A stretch of DNA of 64,000 bases from Candidatus Saccharimonadota bacterium (lineage in GTDB: Bacteria > Patescibacteriota > Saccharimonadia > Saccharimonadales > Saccharimonadaceae). The translations under genes and the position numbers were made by a program. Shown piece after piece: positions 1-9,629 of the stretch (positions are counted from its first letter, which is position 1; each line of letters opens with the position of its first letter). The notes under the pieces were generated by a model. It did no database searches, had not been told where the DNA came from, and saw only the letters and a list, made by a program, of their open reading frames with translations. Where the stretch lies: positions 23,526 to 87,525 of the forward strand of contig JAILSC010000019.1 in NCBI GenBank assembly GCA_024697865.1. Reading direction: 5' to 3'.

Positions 1-1
1 G

Positions 2-1591
2 ATCTGTTCCAGTCACCTTAAAGTCCATATCTCCGGCAAAATCCTCTGCATCCATCAAATCCGTCAACACGTAAGCCTTATCGATGTCTTTTTCAGTAAT
101 TTCCACCCCCTTAGGCACATCCACCATTAGTCCCATGGCTACCCCTGATACAGGTCGCTTTAGTGGCACACCAGCATCGAGCAAAGCCATACAGGACGAA
201 CAAGTCGCCGCCATCGAGGTTGAGCCATTTTGCGACATAATTTCGGTCACTGAACGAATCGCATAAGGGAAGTCTTCCTCTGACGGTAAGACCGGAATCA
301 AGGCTCGCTCCGCTAAATACCCGTGACCAATTTCTCGCCGACCCGGGCTACCCATTCGGCCTGGCTCACCTACGGTATAAGGTGGTGCATTATAGTGATG
401 CATATAACGACGCTTGCCATCGGTAATTTCCATCGTATCTACGTCTTGAGAGTACGACAAAGGTGCCAAAGTCACGATGTTCATCGCCTGAGTCACCCCT
501 CTAGTAAACAGGGATGAACCATGCGTCCGTGGCAAAATTGAAACCTGCGAAGATAGCGGCCTGACTTCGTCCAATTTTCGCCCGTCCGGTCGTACACCTT
601 CCTCGACAATGCCTCGCCTTACCTCTTTAAATACTGCTAATTCAAAAGCCTGGTCATAAACATCTCGCAAATTCTCATCATACCAAGCCACTTTTTCGTT
701 ATCTGTTTCGCCTTCACCCTTAGAAAGTGCAAATTCATCGTGCATCGCATACTTCATCTCATCTAGAATCTGGGCTCGCTCCATCACGTTACCACGTACT
801 TTAGAGCCAAATTTTCCATCCGTCCACTTGGCCACCTCTGCAATTACTTCTTCCGACGGCAAAACTAGCTCATATTCTTGCTCTGGAGCGTTTACTTGCT
901 TAGCTAAATCTCTCTGTAAGTCTAATACTGGCTGTACCTTGGATACTGCCCAGTGCATCGCCTCAATGATCATCTCCTCTGGCACTTCATTAGCCCCAGC
1001 TTCCACCATCATAACCTTACCATCTTTACAGGCTACCACTAGATCTAGCGGCGACTTTTCCCTTTCTTCTGCGTTTAGGAATCCCTTAAATTCACCCCCA
1101 ATCCGGCCAATTCTAATTCCCGCGATTGGTCCGTCGAACGGCACCCCGGCATTCATCAAAGCTGAAGAAGCTGCGATCATCGCAACACAATCTGGTCGGA
1201 AGTTCGGATCCATCGATAATACGGTACAAACTACCTGAATTTCCTGGCGGTATCCCTTAGGGAACAATGGTCGAATCGGTCGGTCAATCAATCGACCTAC
1301 TAGCACTGCTTCATCCGCTGGCTTGCCTTCTCTCTTAATAAAGCGCGAGCCAGAGATTTTTCCTGCTGCGTAAAACTTCTCCTCATAACTAATCGATAGA
1401 GGGAAGAAATCCTGCACTACCGGCTTAGTTCCTACTACTACCGACCCCAACACTACGGTGTCTCCATAGGTCACCAGCACCGAAGAAGTAGAGCGAAATC
1501 CTACCCTGTTCACCTCCAGCGTCAACTCTCGCCCCAACCATTCGGTAGACATCCGCACCGTCTTCTTACCGTTAGGGTTAATAATTTCCAT
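2..1591 (-). CDS. pnp: Polyribonucleotide nucleotidyltransferase (PNPase), 5' part; runs off the left edge
   Basis: Manual translation from ATG at 1591 (MEIINPNGKK...) gives PNPase motifs FFPLSIDYEEKFYAAGKISG, RLIDRPIRPLFP, RREIGHG, NGSTSMA and GDMDFKV. SD-like AGAAAGG upstream. Missing from the ORF track because it is truncated. Confidence 0.96.
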   Translation of the reverse strand, partial: MEIINPNGKKTVRMSTEWLGRELTLEVNRVGFRSTSSVLVTYGDTVVLGSVVVGTKPVVQDFFPLSISYEEKFYAAGKISGSRFIKREGKPADEAVLVGRLIDRPIRPLFPKGYRQEIQVVCTVLSMDPNFRPDCVAMIAASSALMNAGVPFDGPIAGIRIGRIGGEFKGFLNAEEREKSPLDLVVACKDGKVMMVEAGANEVPEEMIIEAMHWAVSKVQPVLDLQRDLAKQVNAPEQEYELVLPSEEVIAEVAKWTDGKFGSKVRGNVMERAQILDEMKYAMHDEFALSKGEGETDNEKVAWYDENLRDVYDQAFELAVFKEVRRGIVEEGVRPDGRKLDEVRPLSSQVSILPRTHGSSLFTRGVTQAMNIVTLAPLSYSQDVDTMEITDGKRRYMHHYNAPPYTVGEPGRMGSPGRREIGHGYLAERALIPVLPSEEDFPYAIRSVTEIMSQNGSTSMAATCSSCMALLDAGVPLKRPVSGVAMGLMVDVPKGVEITEKDIDKAYVLTDLMDAEDFAGDMDFKVTGTD

Positions 1592-1606
1592 AAAAATTAT
1601 CCTTTC

Positions 1607-1764
1607 TTGGGAAAACCTCAGATATTGAAATCAAAGCTCAATAACCTTTCCTGAGGACCATAAGCTTGGGCGAGCGCCCTCGAGCGTGTCCGAAGGGGAG
1701 GTTATGGGCTTTGATACCCATATCCGCTGTCTTCCCAGTTGTTAATGTTAGTTTTATTATACCA
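1607..1764 (-). promoter_or_regulatory. pnp extended -10 promoter (TGGTATAAT, 1756-1764) plus a nested-stem 5' leader of about 155 nt
   Basis: Complementary arms 1630-1647/1699-1715 and 1607-1616/1729-1738 read directly from the sequence. Confidence 0.6.
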
Positions 1765-1860
1765 AATCTTGCATTTTTTAGCAAAATATGCTATAATAAT
1801 ACAGTTAGGGCTAGTTTAGTTCTAAAGTATCTGTTGTTCTCGAAAAAAAGGGGGGGGTTA

Positions 1861-2478
1861 ATGACTACCGAGAGCACCATTTCAAGAGATGAATACGAAG
1901 CAGTCGAGATCGAATGTCGCGCCGCGCTGCACACTGCCGTGGCTAAGATTGAAAACGTTTATGAGTTCTCTAAGAGATCCGCCGAACATAATCCGTTCAG
2001 CGCCATCAGCAGCCGAATCAAAACTTTTGAATCTGCCACTGAAAAGTGTAAGCGTAAAAATTACAGTTCGTTCCGAGAACTGCACGACATCGCCGGCGTG
2101 CGCATTATTACGCCCTTTCGGTCCGATATTTATGCCGTGGTAGAGATTCTACATCGTATCCCCGGTATTAATATCTTTTCCGAAAAAGACTACGTCGAAA
2201 AGCCCAAACCTAACGGTTATTCCAGCTACCACATTGGGGCTCAAGTTGAAATTTTTTCTCCGAGCACAGGCGGCACCAAATTGGTACCCGTCGAAATCCA
2301 AATTCGTACCAAAATCATGGATGCCTGGGCTACAGCCGAGCACACCCTCAAATACAAGAACGATAATCCACCCGCTCCGGCCGAAGCGGAACTCAAGCGT
2401 GGCGCCGAGCTTTTAAGTGAACTCGAAGACATTCTTGAGCGTCTACATCAATACGACACCGACACCGACACCGACTAA
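1861..2478 (+). CDS. Small alarmone synthetase (RelA/SpoT domain, RelP/RelQ-like GTP pyrophosphokinase)
   Basis: Motifs RIKT, DIAGVRI, KDY..KPKPNGYSSYH, EIQIRT..MDAWA..EH. ATG at 1861 after a purine-rich A/G run is preferred over the TTG start in the track. Confidence 0.88.
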   Translation: MTTESTISRDEYEAVEIECRAALHTAVAKIENVYEFSKRSAEHNPFSAISSRIKTFESATEKCKRKNYSSFRELHDIAGVRIITPFRSDIYAVVEILHRIPGINIFSEKDYVEKPKPNGYSSYHIGAQVEIFSPSTGGTKLVPVEIQIRTKIMDAWATAEHTLKYKNDNPPAPAEAELKRGAELLSELEDILERLHQYDTDTDTD

Positions 2479-2490
2479 TTCATCTCCACC

Positions 2491-2518
2491 AAAAACCCGC
2501 CTAGATTTAGGCGGGTTT
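2491..2518. terminator. Hairpin terminator between the convergent SAS gene and rpsO
   Basis: AAACCCGCCTA-gatt-TAGGCGGGTTT. Confidence 0.75.
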
Positions 2519-2530
2519 CCTATTGCCAAA

Positions 2531-2797
2531 TTATTTCCTGAGGCCTAGTTTCGAGATAGTCTTCTTGTATAGCTCAAAATCAGTCTCTTCTAGGTATCTT
2601 AGAAGCTTCTTGCGCCTCCCTACCATCTGAATTAAACCTCTTTTGGCCATAAAGTCATGTTTGTTCTTCTTCACATGCTCGGTTACTTCTTTGATCCGCT
2701 CTGTGAGAATCGAAACTTGAACTTCAGGAGAACCAACGTCGTTCTTGTTACGAGCGACCTTGGCAATAGCCTTGTCTTTATTCTCTTTTGTTATCAT
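2531..2797 (-). CDS. rpsO: 30S ribosomal protein S15
   Basis: DVGSPEVQVSILTERI...HDF..KRGL..MVGRRKKLLRYL. Confidence 0.97.
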   Translation of the reverse strand: MITKENKDKAIAKVARNKNDVGSPEVQVSILTERIKEVTEHVKKNKHDFMAKRGLIQMVGRRKKLLRYLEETDFELYKKTISKLGLRK

Positions 2798-2900
2798 TGC
2801 TCCATTATATCACTTTTTCTTCAAGAAGTAAACCCTTGGGTTGCCCTACAATTTTTCCCTAAAATGTGTTATAATAAAAGCAATACTATTACCATACGCT

Positions 2901-4817
2901 ATGCAAACAATTTTTCAAATTTTTAAGAATGATCTAAAAAGCCTAGCGAAAAGCAAACTAGCCATGCTGGTTGTCGCTGGGATTATTGTTATCCCGGGTA
3001 TTTATGCCTGGCTTAATATTGATTCCAACTGGGGCCCTTACGACAACACCGGCAATATTCCTATTGCCGTAGTCAATAAAGATACCGGTGCCACCATCGC
3101 AGGCGAAAGCTTTAACATCGGCAATTCCCTCACTGACTCGCTTAAAGAAAATCACGACATGAAGTGGATTTTTACCGATGAAAAATCCGCTTTGGAAGGA
3201 GTAGAGCAAAGCAGCTATTACGGAGCCATCATCATTCCAGAAAATTTCAGCCAGAATCTCACCACTATTTTTAATAGCACCGAACCCTCAAAACCCACTT
3301 TCGATTTTTATATCAACGACAAGAAAAATCCTATCGCCCCCATCATTGCTAGCAAAGCCGCCGGCACCATCCAAGACGGCACTAACCAAGCCTTCGTAGA
3401 TACTTTGGTTTACAAAGCCGCCGATACGGCTAAAGCTATCGGCCTAACAGAAAAAGGCACCGACACCGCCAACAGCTTGATCGCCAAATTGACCGACACC
3501 AAAACTAAGGTCGGCCAACTCCGTGATATCAACCAAACTACCACTTTAGCTATTGATACTACCGGCAAATCTCTCTCTGCGCTTGAAGCGATTTTTCCTA
3601 CACTTGAAAACTTCAACCATACTGCCGAGCAGGGCATTATTGATGCCAGGAACGGCCTTAATTCTCTTAATGATATCTCTAATCTTTCTAGCGTTCAAGA
3701 GCTCACCGATCAAATTTCCGCCCAAATCGCCGAATTAGAGGCAATTCAAGCCTTATTGAATGAGCTCGCTCCCTCCGAACAATTAACAGACATTAAAACC
3801 AGGATTCAAACCATCACTGATAGCCTCACTAACCTTCAAAATAAATTTCAAGCCACTGCCAGCACTGAGCTAAAAAACATCTCCCAAAATGTTTCCCGCA
3901 CCCTAGACGGCGCCGAGACCATCATCTCTGATCTCAACGCTTCCCTGGCTAGCCTCGAAACCTCCATGCATTATGCCACTCAAGCCCTTCAAGGCGGTGC
4001 TCAGCTCGGACGAAACCTAGATCCAATCTTAGCCAATTTTCAATCTGACATTGACTCCACTATCACTATGATCAATTCCATCAAAGACAGCGAAATTTTC
4101 CAAAACCTCATCAACCTTCTTCAAAACAGCCCCGACACTATCGCCGACTTTATTTCCAGCCCCGTAGTTGCTAATAAAATCGAGATTTATCCCATTGCTA
4201 CTTACGGCTCTGAAATGGCTCCCTTCTATTCGGTCTTAGCTTGTTGGGTAGGCTCCACTATCCTAGTGGCCATTATTGCCATAGATATCAAAAACACCAA
4301 AATCACCAAACAGACCAAAAATTACCAAAAATTCTTGGGCCGCTTTCTCCTATTCGGCAGTATCGCCATATTGCAAGGTTTGGCCATCGGCATCGGAGAT
4401 TTAATCATGCAAGTTCAAACCGTCAACTGGCCTTTATTCCTTTTGACTTTAATGCTGTCTAGTTTAGTATTTTCTCTGATTATCTATGCCCTTGCTGCTG
4501 CCTTTGGCAAGATCGGTCAAGCCCTAGCCATCGTGATTTTAGTTTTGCAAGTTGCTGGCTCGGGCGGCACTTTCCCGATTGAATTGCTTCCTCAAATGTT
4601 CCAAGTTTTGCAGCCCTTTATGCCATTCGCTCCTGCCATGAACGCCGTGCGCGAAACCGTCGGTGGCTTCTACCAGCACGATTATTTAGCCAGCATTGCA
4701 CTACTATTAGTCTTCTTTGTTATCGCTCTCGTATTCGGCCTCATTTTCAGTAAACACACTTTCGCAGCTAAAGGTAAACTCCAGAAAGAACTCGAATCTA
4801 CTGGCTTAATTGATTAA
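2901..4817 (+). CDS. YhgE/Pip-family membrane protein (phage infection protein-like)
   Basis: N-terminal IPGIYAW.NI.S.WGPY.NT.NIPIAVVN.D.G, central helical region, six C-terminal TM segments with QVAGSGGTFPIE. Start taken at ATG 2901. Confidence 0.88.
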   Translation: MQTIFQIFKNDLKSLAKSKLAMLVVAGIIVIPGIYAWLNIDSNWGPYDNTGNIPIAVVNKDTGATIAGESFNIGNSLTDSLKENHDMKWIFTDEKSALEGVEQSSYYGAIIIPENFSQNLTTIFNSTEPSKPTFDFYINDKKNPIAPIIASKAAGTIQDGTNQAFVDTLVYKAADTAKAIGLTEKGTDTANSLIAKLTDTKTKVGQLRDINQTTTLAIDTTGKSLSALEAIFPTLENFNHTAEQGIIDARNGLNSLNDISNLSSVQELTDQISAQIAELEAIQALLNELAPSEQLTDIKTRIQTITDSLTNLQNKFQATASTELKNISQNVSRTLDGAETIISDLNASLASLETSMHYATQALQGGAQLGRNLDPILANFQSDIDSTITMINSIKDSEIFQNLINLLQNSPDTIADFISSPVVANKIEIYPIATYGSEMAPFYSVLACWVGSTILVAIIAIDIKNTKITKQTKNYQKFLGRFLLFGSIAILQGLAIGIGDLIMQVQTVNWPLFLLTLMLSSLVFSLIIYALAAAFGKIGQALAIVILVLQVAGSGGTFPIELLPQMFQVLQPFMPFAPAMNAVRETVGGFYQHDYLASIALLLVFFVIALVFGLIFSKHTFAAKGKLQKELESTGLID

Positions 4818-4820
4818 ACT

Positions 4821-5537
4821 ATGGAAGACCAAATTATTCTCATCGACAAACCCGCAAATATCTCGTCTTTTGGTGTCGTGGCCAAAGTCCGAGGGCATTT
4901 GAAAGCTCAATTTAGACACAAAATCAAAGTTGGCCACACTGGTACTTTGGACCCCTTTGCGACCGGACTTCTAATTCTTCTCACTGGCAAAAACACCAAA
5001 AAATCTTCCGATTTTTTAAAGCTCGATAAAGTCTATGAAGCCACCTTAAAGCTAGGGTTCGTCTCCTCTACCGGTGACCCCGAGGGGGAGATTCAAGAAT
5101 ATTCAGTTTCGGGGCCACGTCCCTCGCGCCCGTCTTCACGGAGCTCAGGCGCTCCCTCTCGGCAGCAGCCTCCGAAATCCCCGAAACTAAACACTCTTGA
5201 ATCCACCTTAGCATCCTTTGTCGGTAAGATAGAACAACGCCCGCCCAAGTTTTCAGCCATCAAAATCGGCGGCCAACGCGCTTATAAACTAGCCCGCCAA
5301 GGCCAAGATTTTGAAATCCCCACCCGCGAAGTCGAGATCTACTCTCTCGAAATTCTAAACTACAATTACCCAGAACTCACTATCCGTTGTCACGTTTCTA
5401 GTGGCACTTACATCCGTACTTTAGCTGAAGACATCGGTAAAAAACTCGGCACTGGTGCCTACCTCACCGCCCTTCGCCGCACTAAAATCGCCGACTACTC
5501 CGTAGACGACGCCCTTAAATTGGCAGACTTCTCTTAA
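4821..5537 (+). CDS. truB: tRNA pseudouridine(55) synthase TruB carrying an in-frame palindromic insert
   Basis: LIDKP, KVGHTGTLDPFATGLL, PPKFSAIKIGGQRAYKLAR, SSGTYIRTLAEDIG. Confidence 0.96.
   Translation: MEDQIILIDKPANISSFGVVAKVRGHLKAQFRHKIKVGHTGTLDPFATGLLILLTGKNTKKSSDFLKLDKVYEATLKLGFVSSTGDPEGEIQEYSVSGPRPSRPSSRSSGAPSRQQPPKSPKLNTLESTLASFVGKIEQRPPKFSAIKIGGQRAYKLARQGQDFEIPTREVEIYSLEILNYNYPELTIRCHVSSGTYIRTLAEDIGKKLGTGAYLTALRRTKIADYSVDDALKLADFS
5090..5203. repeat. In-frame palindromic element (core family 1) in truB
   Basis: 25-bp inverted arms (5090-5114/5179-5203, 3 mismatches) around a 64-bp GC-rich core homologous to the recX and polA cores. Confidence 0.85.
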
Positions 5538-5603
5538 AGCCGCTCTTGTTTTTTGTTGCCATTATGTTAAAATGAAACCATACGATAATTAAGGATTTCT
5601 ATT

Positions 5604-7205
5604 ATGGTCATACATGAATCCAATATTAAATCATTATCTATAATTTTCGGTGCATTTCTTATCGCTACTCTCCTCTCAGGCACTATTTCTCTAAACAACA
5701 ATGCTAGTGCCGATACTAATGAGGTAGATACAGTCAACGTAGACATCTTAGCCGCCTGTACTATGGCTAGAACGGATAGTACTGGCGGTAATTATAGTGC
5801 TTCTCTCATTCCAGGGCAATCTGTAGAACTTGGGCCTACTAGTGTTAAGACTATCTGTAATGACAATAATGGGTATGCCATCTATGCTATCGGCTATTCT
5901 GGCAATGCCTATACTGGTGCTACTCATACTGATCTGATTTCGGCTACTAATACTAGTTACAATATTCACACTAATACTCCTAGTGCCGCTGGTAGTAGTT
6001 CTTATTGGGCGATGAAACTAGCTAGTGTAGCTTCTGGCAATTATACTCCTACTATAGAAAATAGCTACAGTAGCTATAATGTAATACCTAATACTTATAC
6101 CAAAGTAGTTAGCCTAAACAAAGCTACTGATGCTGGTGCTGGTGCTACTGGCTCTAACTTCAATGCTACTTATGAGATTAAGGCTGCCAGTGATCAGGTG
6201 GCTGATTCTTATACTGGGAAAGTGAAGTATGTGTTAGTCCATCCTAACAGTTTTGCTCCTGGTACTTACTCCATCGCCTATAATGCCAATGGTGGTAGTG
6301 GGACGATGACGGGAGAATCTGGCATCAGTAACATGGCCGAGCATACACTAATTACCAATGCTTTTGCTCCACCTTCTGGCTACGGATTCGCTGGCTGGTG
6401 TACCATCCAAGACACTTCGCAAACTCCCCAAACTACCTGTTCTGGTGAGACCTACACCGATAGAGGAACTGTAGAACCAGGTACTATAGCTGCTAACAGT
6501 ACGCTAAATCTTTATGCCATCTGGGAAGTAGACCTCAGAACCTACATGCAAGATTTCACTTTAGCTCAATGTCAAGCCCAAGCCGCTGATGCTCCACTTA
6601 TCGTTTATGATCGTCGCGATAAATCAGACTACACCGTTCGCTACATCAACGGTGCTTGTTGGATGACTCAAAACCTCAGGATCACTGGTACCATTTCTGC
6701 TACTAACTCTAACTTTTCTAGTCCAGCTTCCATTAATACGGCCGCTGGTGGAGATTTAAGAGGTAGCAGCTCTACCTACACTGAACCTCAGTCTCATCTA
6801 GCAGATAGCACGGATGTTGAAGCTTCAACTAGCGCTCCCGAAGGCCCTTATACTATTACTCAATTAGGTGCTTGGTACAATTATTGTGCCACTTCAGCCG
6901 GGCAGTCTTGTAGTCAAACTATGCAAAGTGCCACTCAAGACATCTGTCCAGCTAATTGGCATTTACCTTCCGAAGCTCAATTTAACAGTATATCTAGTTA
7001 TGGGTCCAATCTTTCTGTTTTCCCAGGCGGATATTACAACAACGGCTCGATAACAGCAGTCGGAATCATTGGCTATTGGTGGTCCGCTACTGCACATTGG
7101 CGTAATGACCAATATTATTTATTTGCCCTCTCAAGTAGTGAGGTGGGGACTGGCTACTATGATAAATATGCGGGGCTCTTTATCAGATGCATGCGCGACG
7201 TATAA
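5604..7205 (+). CDS. Secreted/surface protein with an InlB-B-type (Listeria-Bacteroides) repeat and a C-terminal FISUMP (Fib_succ_major) domain
   Basis: Signal peptide; YSIAYNANGGSGTM...GYGFAGW...LNLYAIW repeat; D.RD..DY.VRYINGACWMTQNL, YNYCATSAG, DICPANWHLPS, GYWWSAT, FIRCMR. Confidence 0.8.
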   Translation: MVIHESNIKSLSIIFGAFLIATLLSGTISLNNNASADTNEVDTVNVDILAACTMARTDSTGGNYSASLIPGQSVELGPTSVKTICNDNNGYAIYAIGYSGNAYTGATHTDLISATNTSYNIHTNTPSAAGSSSYWAMKLASVASGNYTPTIENSYSSYNVIPNTYTKVVSLNKATDAGAGATGSNFNATYEIKAASDQVADSYTGKVKYVLVHPNSFAPGTYSIAYNANGGSGTMTGESGISNMAEHTLITNAFAPPSGYGFAGWCTIQDTSQTPQTTCSGETYTDRGTVEPGTIAANSTLNLYAIWEVDLRTYMQDFTLAQCQAQAADAPLIVYDRRDKSDYTVRYINGACWMTQNLRITGTISATNSNFSSPASINTAAGGDLRGSSSTYTEPQSHLADSTDVEASTSAPEGPYTITQLGAWYNYCATSAGQSCSQTMQSATQDICPANWHLPSEAQFNSISSYGSNLSVFPGGYYNNGSITAVGIIGYWWSATAHWRNDQYYLFALSSSEVGTGYYDKYAGLFIRCMRDV

Positions 7206-7229
7206 CGTATAGTGTGTTATAATTAACTT

Positions 7230-7835
7230 ATGCTAACCTACAACTCCAAGCTAATTGGTACGCCAATTCTTAGCGTTCAAGCTGGTGGTGCTATCGCTAG
7301 CATTGTTGCTCCCGTAGTTAATCCTGATAATCTTAAAATTCTCGCCTTCAAACTCCAAGGCCCCATCGTTAACGCCGCGAACAATATCCTAGACGTTAAA
7401 TCCGTTCGCGAATATTCTCCTCTTGGCTTAGTGATCGACGATAACGACGAGCTCATCGGACCTGAAGACGTCGTCAAAATCAAAGAGGTCTTAGATCTTA
7501 ATTTCGACCTTATCGGTCTCAAAGTTGAAACCAAAAAAGGCTCTAAACTCGGCAAAATCATTGATTTCTCCCTCACTTCTGAAGATTTCACCATCCAGCA
7601 AATCATCGTCAAGCGTCCCACCATTAAAAGTTTCATGGATCCAGAGCTTACCATTCATCGTCGTGAAATTGTCGAGGTCACGGATTACAAAGTTATTGTC
7701 AAAGACGAAGAGAAGGTAATCAAGGCTCGCGCCGCCAAAGAAGATTTCGTGCCCAACTTCGTTAATCCTTTTCGAACTCACGAACCCGGCTTTGCGCCAG
7801 CTGATACGAAAACCCCTGCCGACAAAGATAACTAA
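7230..7835 (+). CDS. PRC-barrel domain protein (two barrels)
   Basis: LIGTPILS...G.I, LIGLKVETKKGSKLGKIIDF pattern. Confidence 0.7.
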   Translation: MLTYNSKLIGTPILSVQAGGAIASIVAPVVNPDNLKILAFKLQGPIVNAANNILDVKSVREYSPLGLVIDDNDELIGPEDVVKIKEVLDLNFDLIGLKVETKKGSKLGKIIDFSLTSEDFTIQQIIVKRPTIKSFMDPELTIHRREIVEVTDYKVIVKDEEKVIKARAAKEDFVPNFVNPFRTHEPGFAPADTKTPADKDN

Positions 7836-8451
7836 TCAACTTCTCGTCATCATATTTGGCTCGCTTTTTGGCAATCATTTTGTCAATTTCTTCTTCGTCA
7901 TTTCGCCCACTTAGCACTTCGTCAATTATCTCCTTGACCACTCCCTTTTTTACTAGCTCCATTCTTAAACGTTTTTGCGAAATCCCTTTTTTTACGAATC
8001 GATTTTCCACATAATATTCCGCGAACTTCCAATCATCCACATAGCCCTTGGTTTTCAATTTTCTAATTATTTCTTCCGAAAAATCAAAGGAGTCTGCTGA
8101 GGATTTTGTGGACCCAACCGGGTCCACAGGAAGTGACTGAGCCCCGTAAAGACGGGCGCGAAGGAACGTATCCGCAGAAGACTTCTTGATTTTTTTGCGA
8201 AACAAATATTCTTTAACTTCTCGCTCGCTCCGCGGCCGCACCAACACCCACTCTAACGTTCTCTGATATAGCTTACCGAATTCCGAGGCTTTCTTGCACT
8301 CTATTAATTTCTCCTCTGTCAGCGTTTGCCCAATTTTTAACTTCAAATCCACTACCTGCGTCACGTCCAGGGAAAAGGCAAACTTGCCACTTACGAACAC
8401 ATTCACTCGATTTGGGTTTTTGACACCCTGTTTTAGGTCTGTAATTTCCAT
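7762..8451 (-). CDS. recX: Regulatory protein RecX carrying an in-frame palindromic insert
   Basis: RPRSEREVKEYL, GYVDD..FAE.YV, S.KRLRMELVKKGV, YL.RQGFSY; immediately downstream of recA. Confidence 0.92.
   Translation of the reverse strand: MEITDLKQGVKNPNRVNVFVSGKFAFSLDVTQVVDLKLKIGQTLTEEKLIECKKASEFGKLYQRTLEWVLVRPRSEREVKEYLFRKKIKKSSADTFLRARLYGAQSLPVDPVGSTKSSADSFDFSEEIIRKLKTKGYVDDWKFAEYYVENRFVKKGISQKRLRMELVKKGVVKEIIDEVLSGRNDEEEIDKMIAKKRAKYDDEKLISYLCRQGFSYQLAQSRVREFEKD
8079..8194. repeat. In-frame palindromic element (core family 1) in recX
   Basis: Imperfect arms 8079-8104/8170-8194 around a 65-bp core (8105-8169) that is 53/65 identical to the polA core. Confidence 0.85.
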
Positions 8452-9476
8452 TATTCTGCTTCAGCCGCAGCACGTACTTTTTCTTCGATCTCCGCCATTA
8501 ATTCTGGCTTTTCTCGGAATAGCTTCTTTACAGCTTCTCTCCCTTGACCCAAAGTTTCTCCATTATATTTAATAAATGCACCCGCTTTCTCTAACACTCC
8601 GTAAGTCACACCCAAATCTAATACGTCTCCTGGTTTAGAGATCCCCTCGTTGTACATAATATCAAACTCTGCTAATCGGAAAGGTGCCGCAATTTTATTC
8701 TTCACTACCTTGATTTTTGTTCGGTTCCCCGCAATTTTATCACCGTCTTTGATTTGGCCAATTCGCCGAATATCTACCCGTACTGACGCGTAAAACTTCA
8801 AAGCATTACCGCCCGTCGTAGTTTCTGGATTGCCAAACATCACTCCAATTTTCATCCGAATTTGATTAATGAAAATCACCGTAGCCCGCGATTTAGAGAT
8901 AATCCCCGTCAATTTTCGCATCGCCTGACTCATCAATCTAGCTTGCAAGCCCATCTGAGCATCGCCCATATCTCCGTCAATTTCTGCCTGTGGTACCAAC
9001 GCCGCTACAGAATCCACCACGATTAAATCTACTGCGTTAGATCTCACTAACGTCTCACAAATCTCCAACGCTTGTTCTCCGTTATCTGGCTGTGAAATCA
9101 ATAGATTCGCCGTATCTACGCCAATTTTCTTCGCATAGGCTGGATCCAAAGCGTGCTCTGCGTCAATAAAAGCTGCCTGTCCACCCTGCTTTTGCATTTC
9201 AGCAATCGCGTGTAAAGCCAGAGTAGTCTTACCCGAAGATTCTGGCCCATAAATCTCAATAATTCTACCCTTAGGCCAGCCCCCGCCTAGTGCCAAATCT
9301 AGTGATAAAGACCCAGAGGGCAACAATTCTACATCCATCTTTGGAGTATCGCCCAACCTCATGATTGAACCATCACCGAATTGCTTAGTAATTTGCGCCA
9401 TTGCTAATTTTAAAGCTTCGTTCTTGCCATCTTCAGCCTTAGTATTTTTCTTTTCCACCGCTTCCTTTTTTCCCAT
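8451..9476 (-). CDS. recA: Recombinase A
   Basis: [44 protein letters not shown]. Confidence 0.99.
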   Translation of the reverse strand: MGKKEAVEKKNTKAEDGKNEALKLAMAQITKQFGDGSIMRLGDTPKMDVELLPSGSLSLDLALGGGWPKGRIIEIYGPESSGKTTLALHAIAEMQKQGGQAAFIDAEHALDPAYAKKIGVDTANLLISQPDNGEQALEICETLVRSNAVDLIVVDSVAALVPQAEIDGDMGDAQMGLQARLMSQAMRKLTGIISKSRATVIFINQIRMKIGVMFGNPETTTGGNALKFYASVRVDIRRIGQIKDGDKIAGNRTKIKVVKNKIAAPFRLAEFDIMYNEGISKPGDVLDLGVTYGVLEKAGAFIKYNGETLGQGREAVKKLFREKPELMAEIEEKVRAAAEAE

Positions 9477-9629
9477 AATAGTATTACCTTTCTTTCCCTC
9501 CCATTATATTATATTTTCTGACCCCTGTCTACCATGAACCAAAATTTATTACAACCCCCCACCTTTTGGCCCCTGTCGATAAAAACAACCGCTATTCTTT
9601 AAAATCACCAAATATGCTACAATGAAACT

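Noticed and set aside
1666-1860. 65-aa N-terminal extension of the alarmone synthetase in the ORF track
   Set aside because: The TTG start lies inside the pnp leader and upstream of the gene's own TGCTATAAT promoter; ATG 1861 is the likely start.
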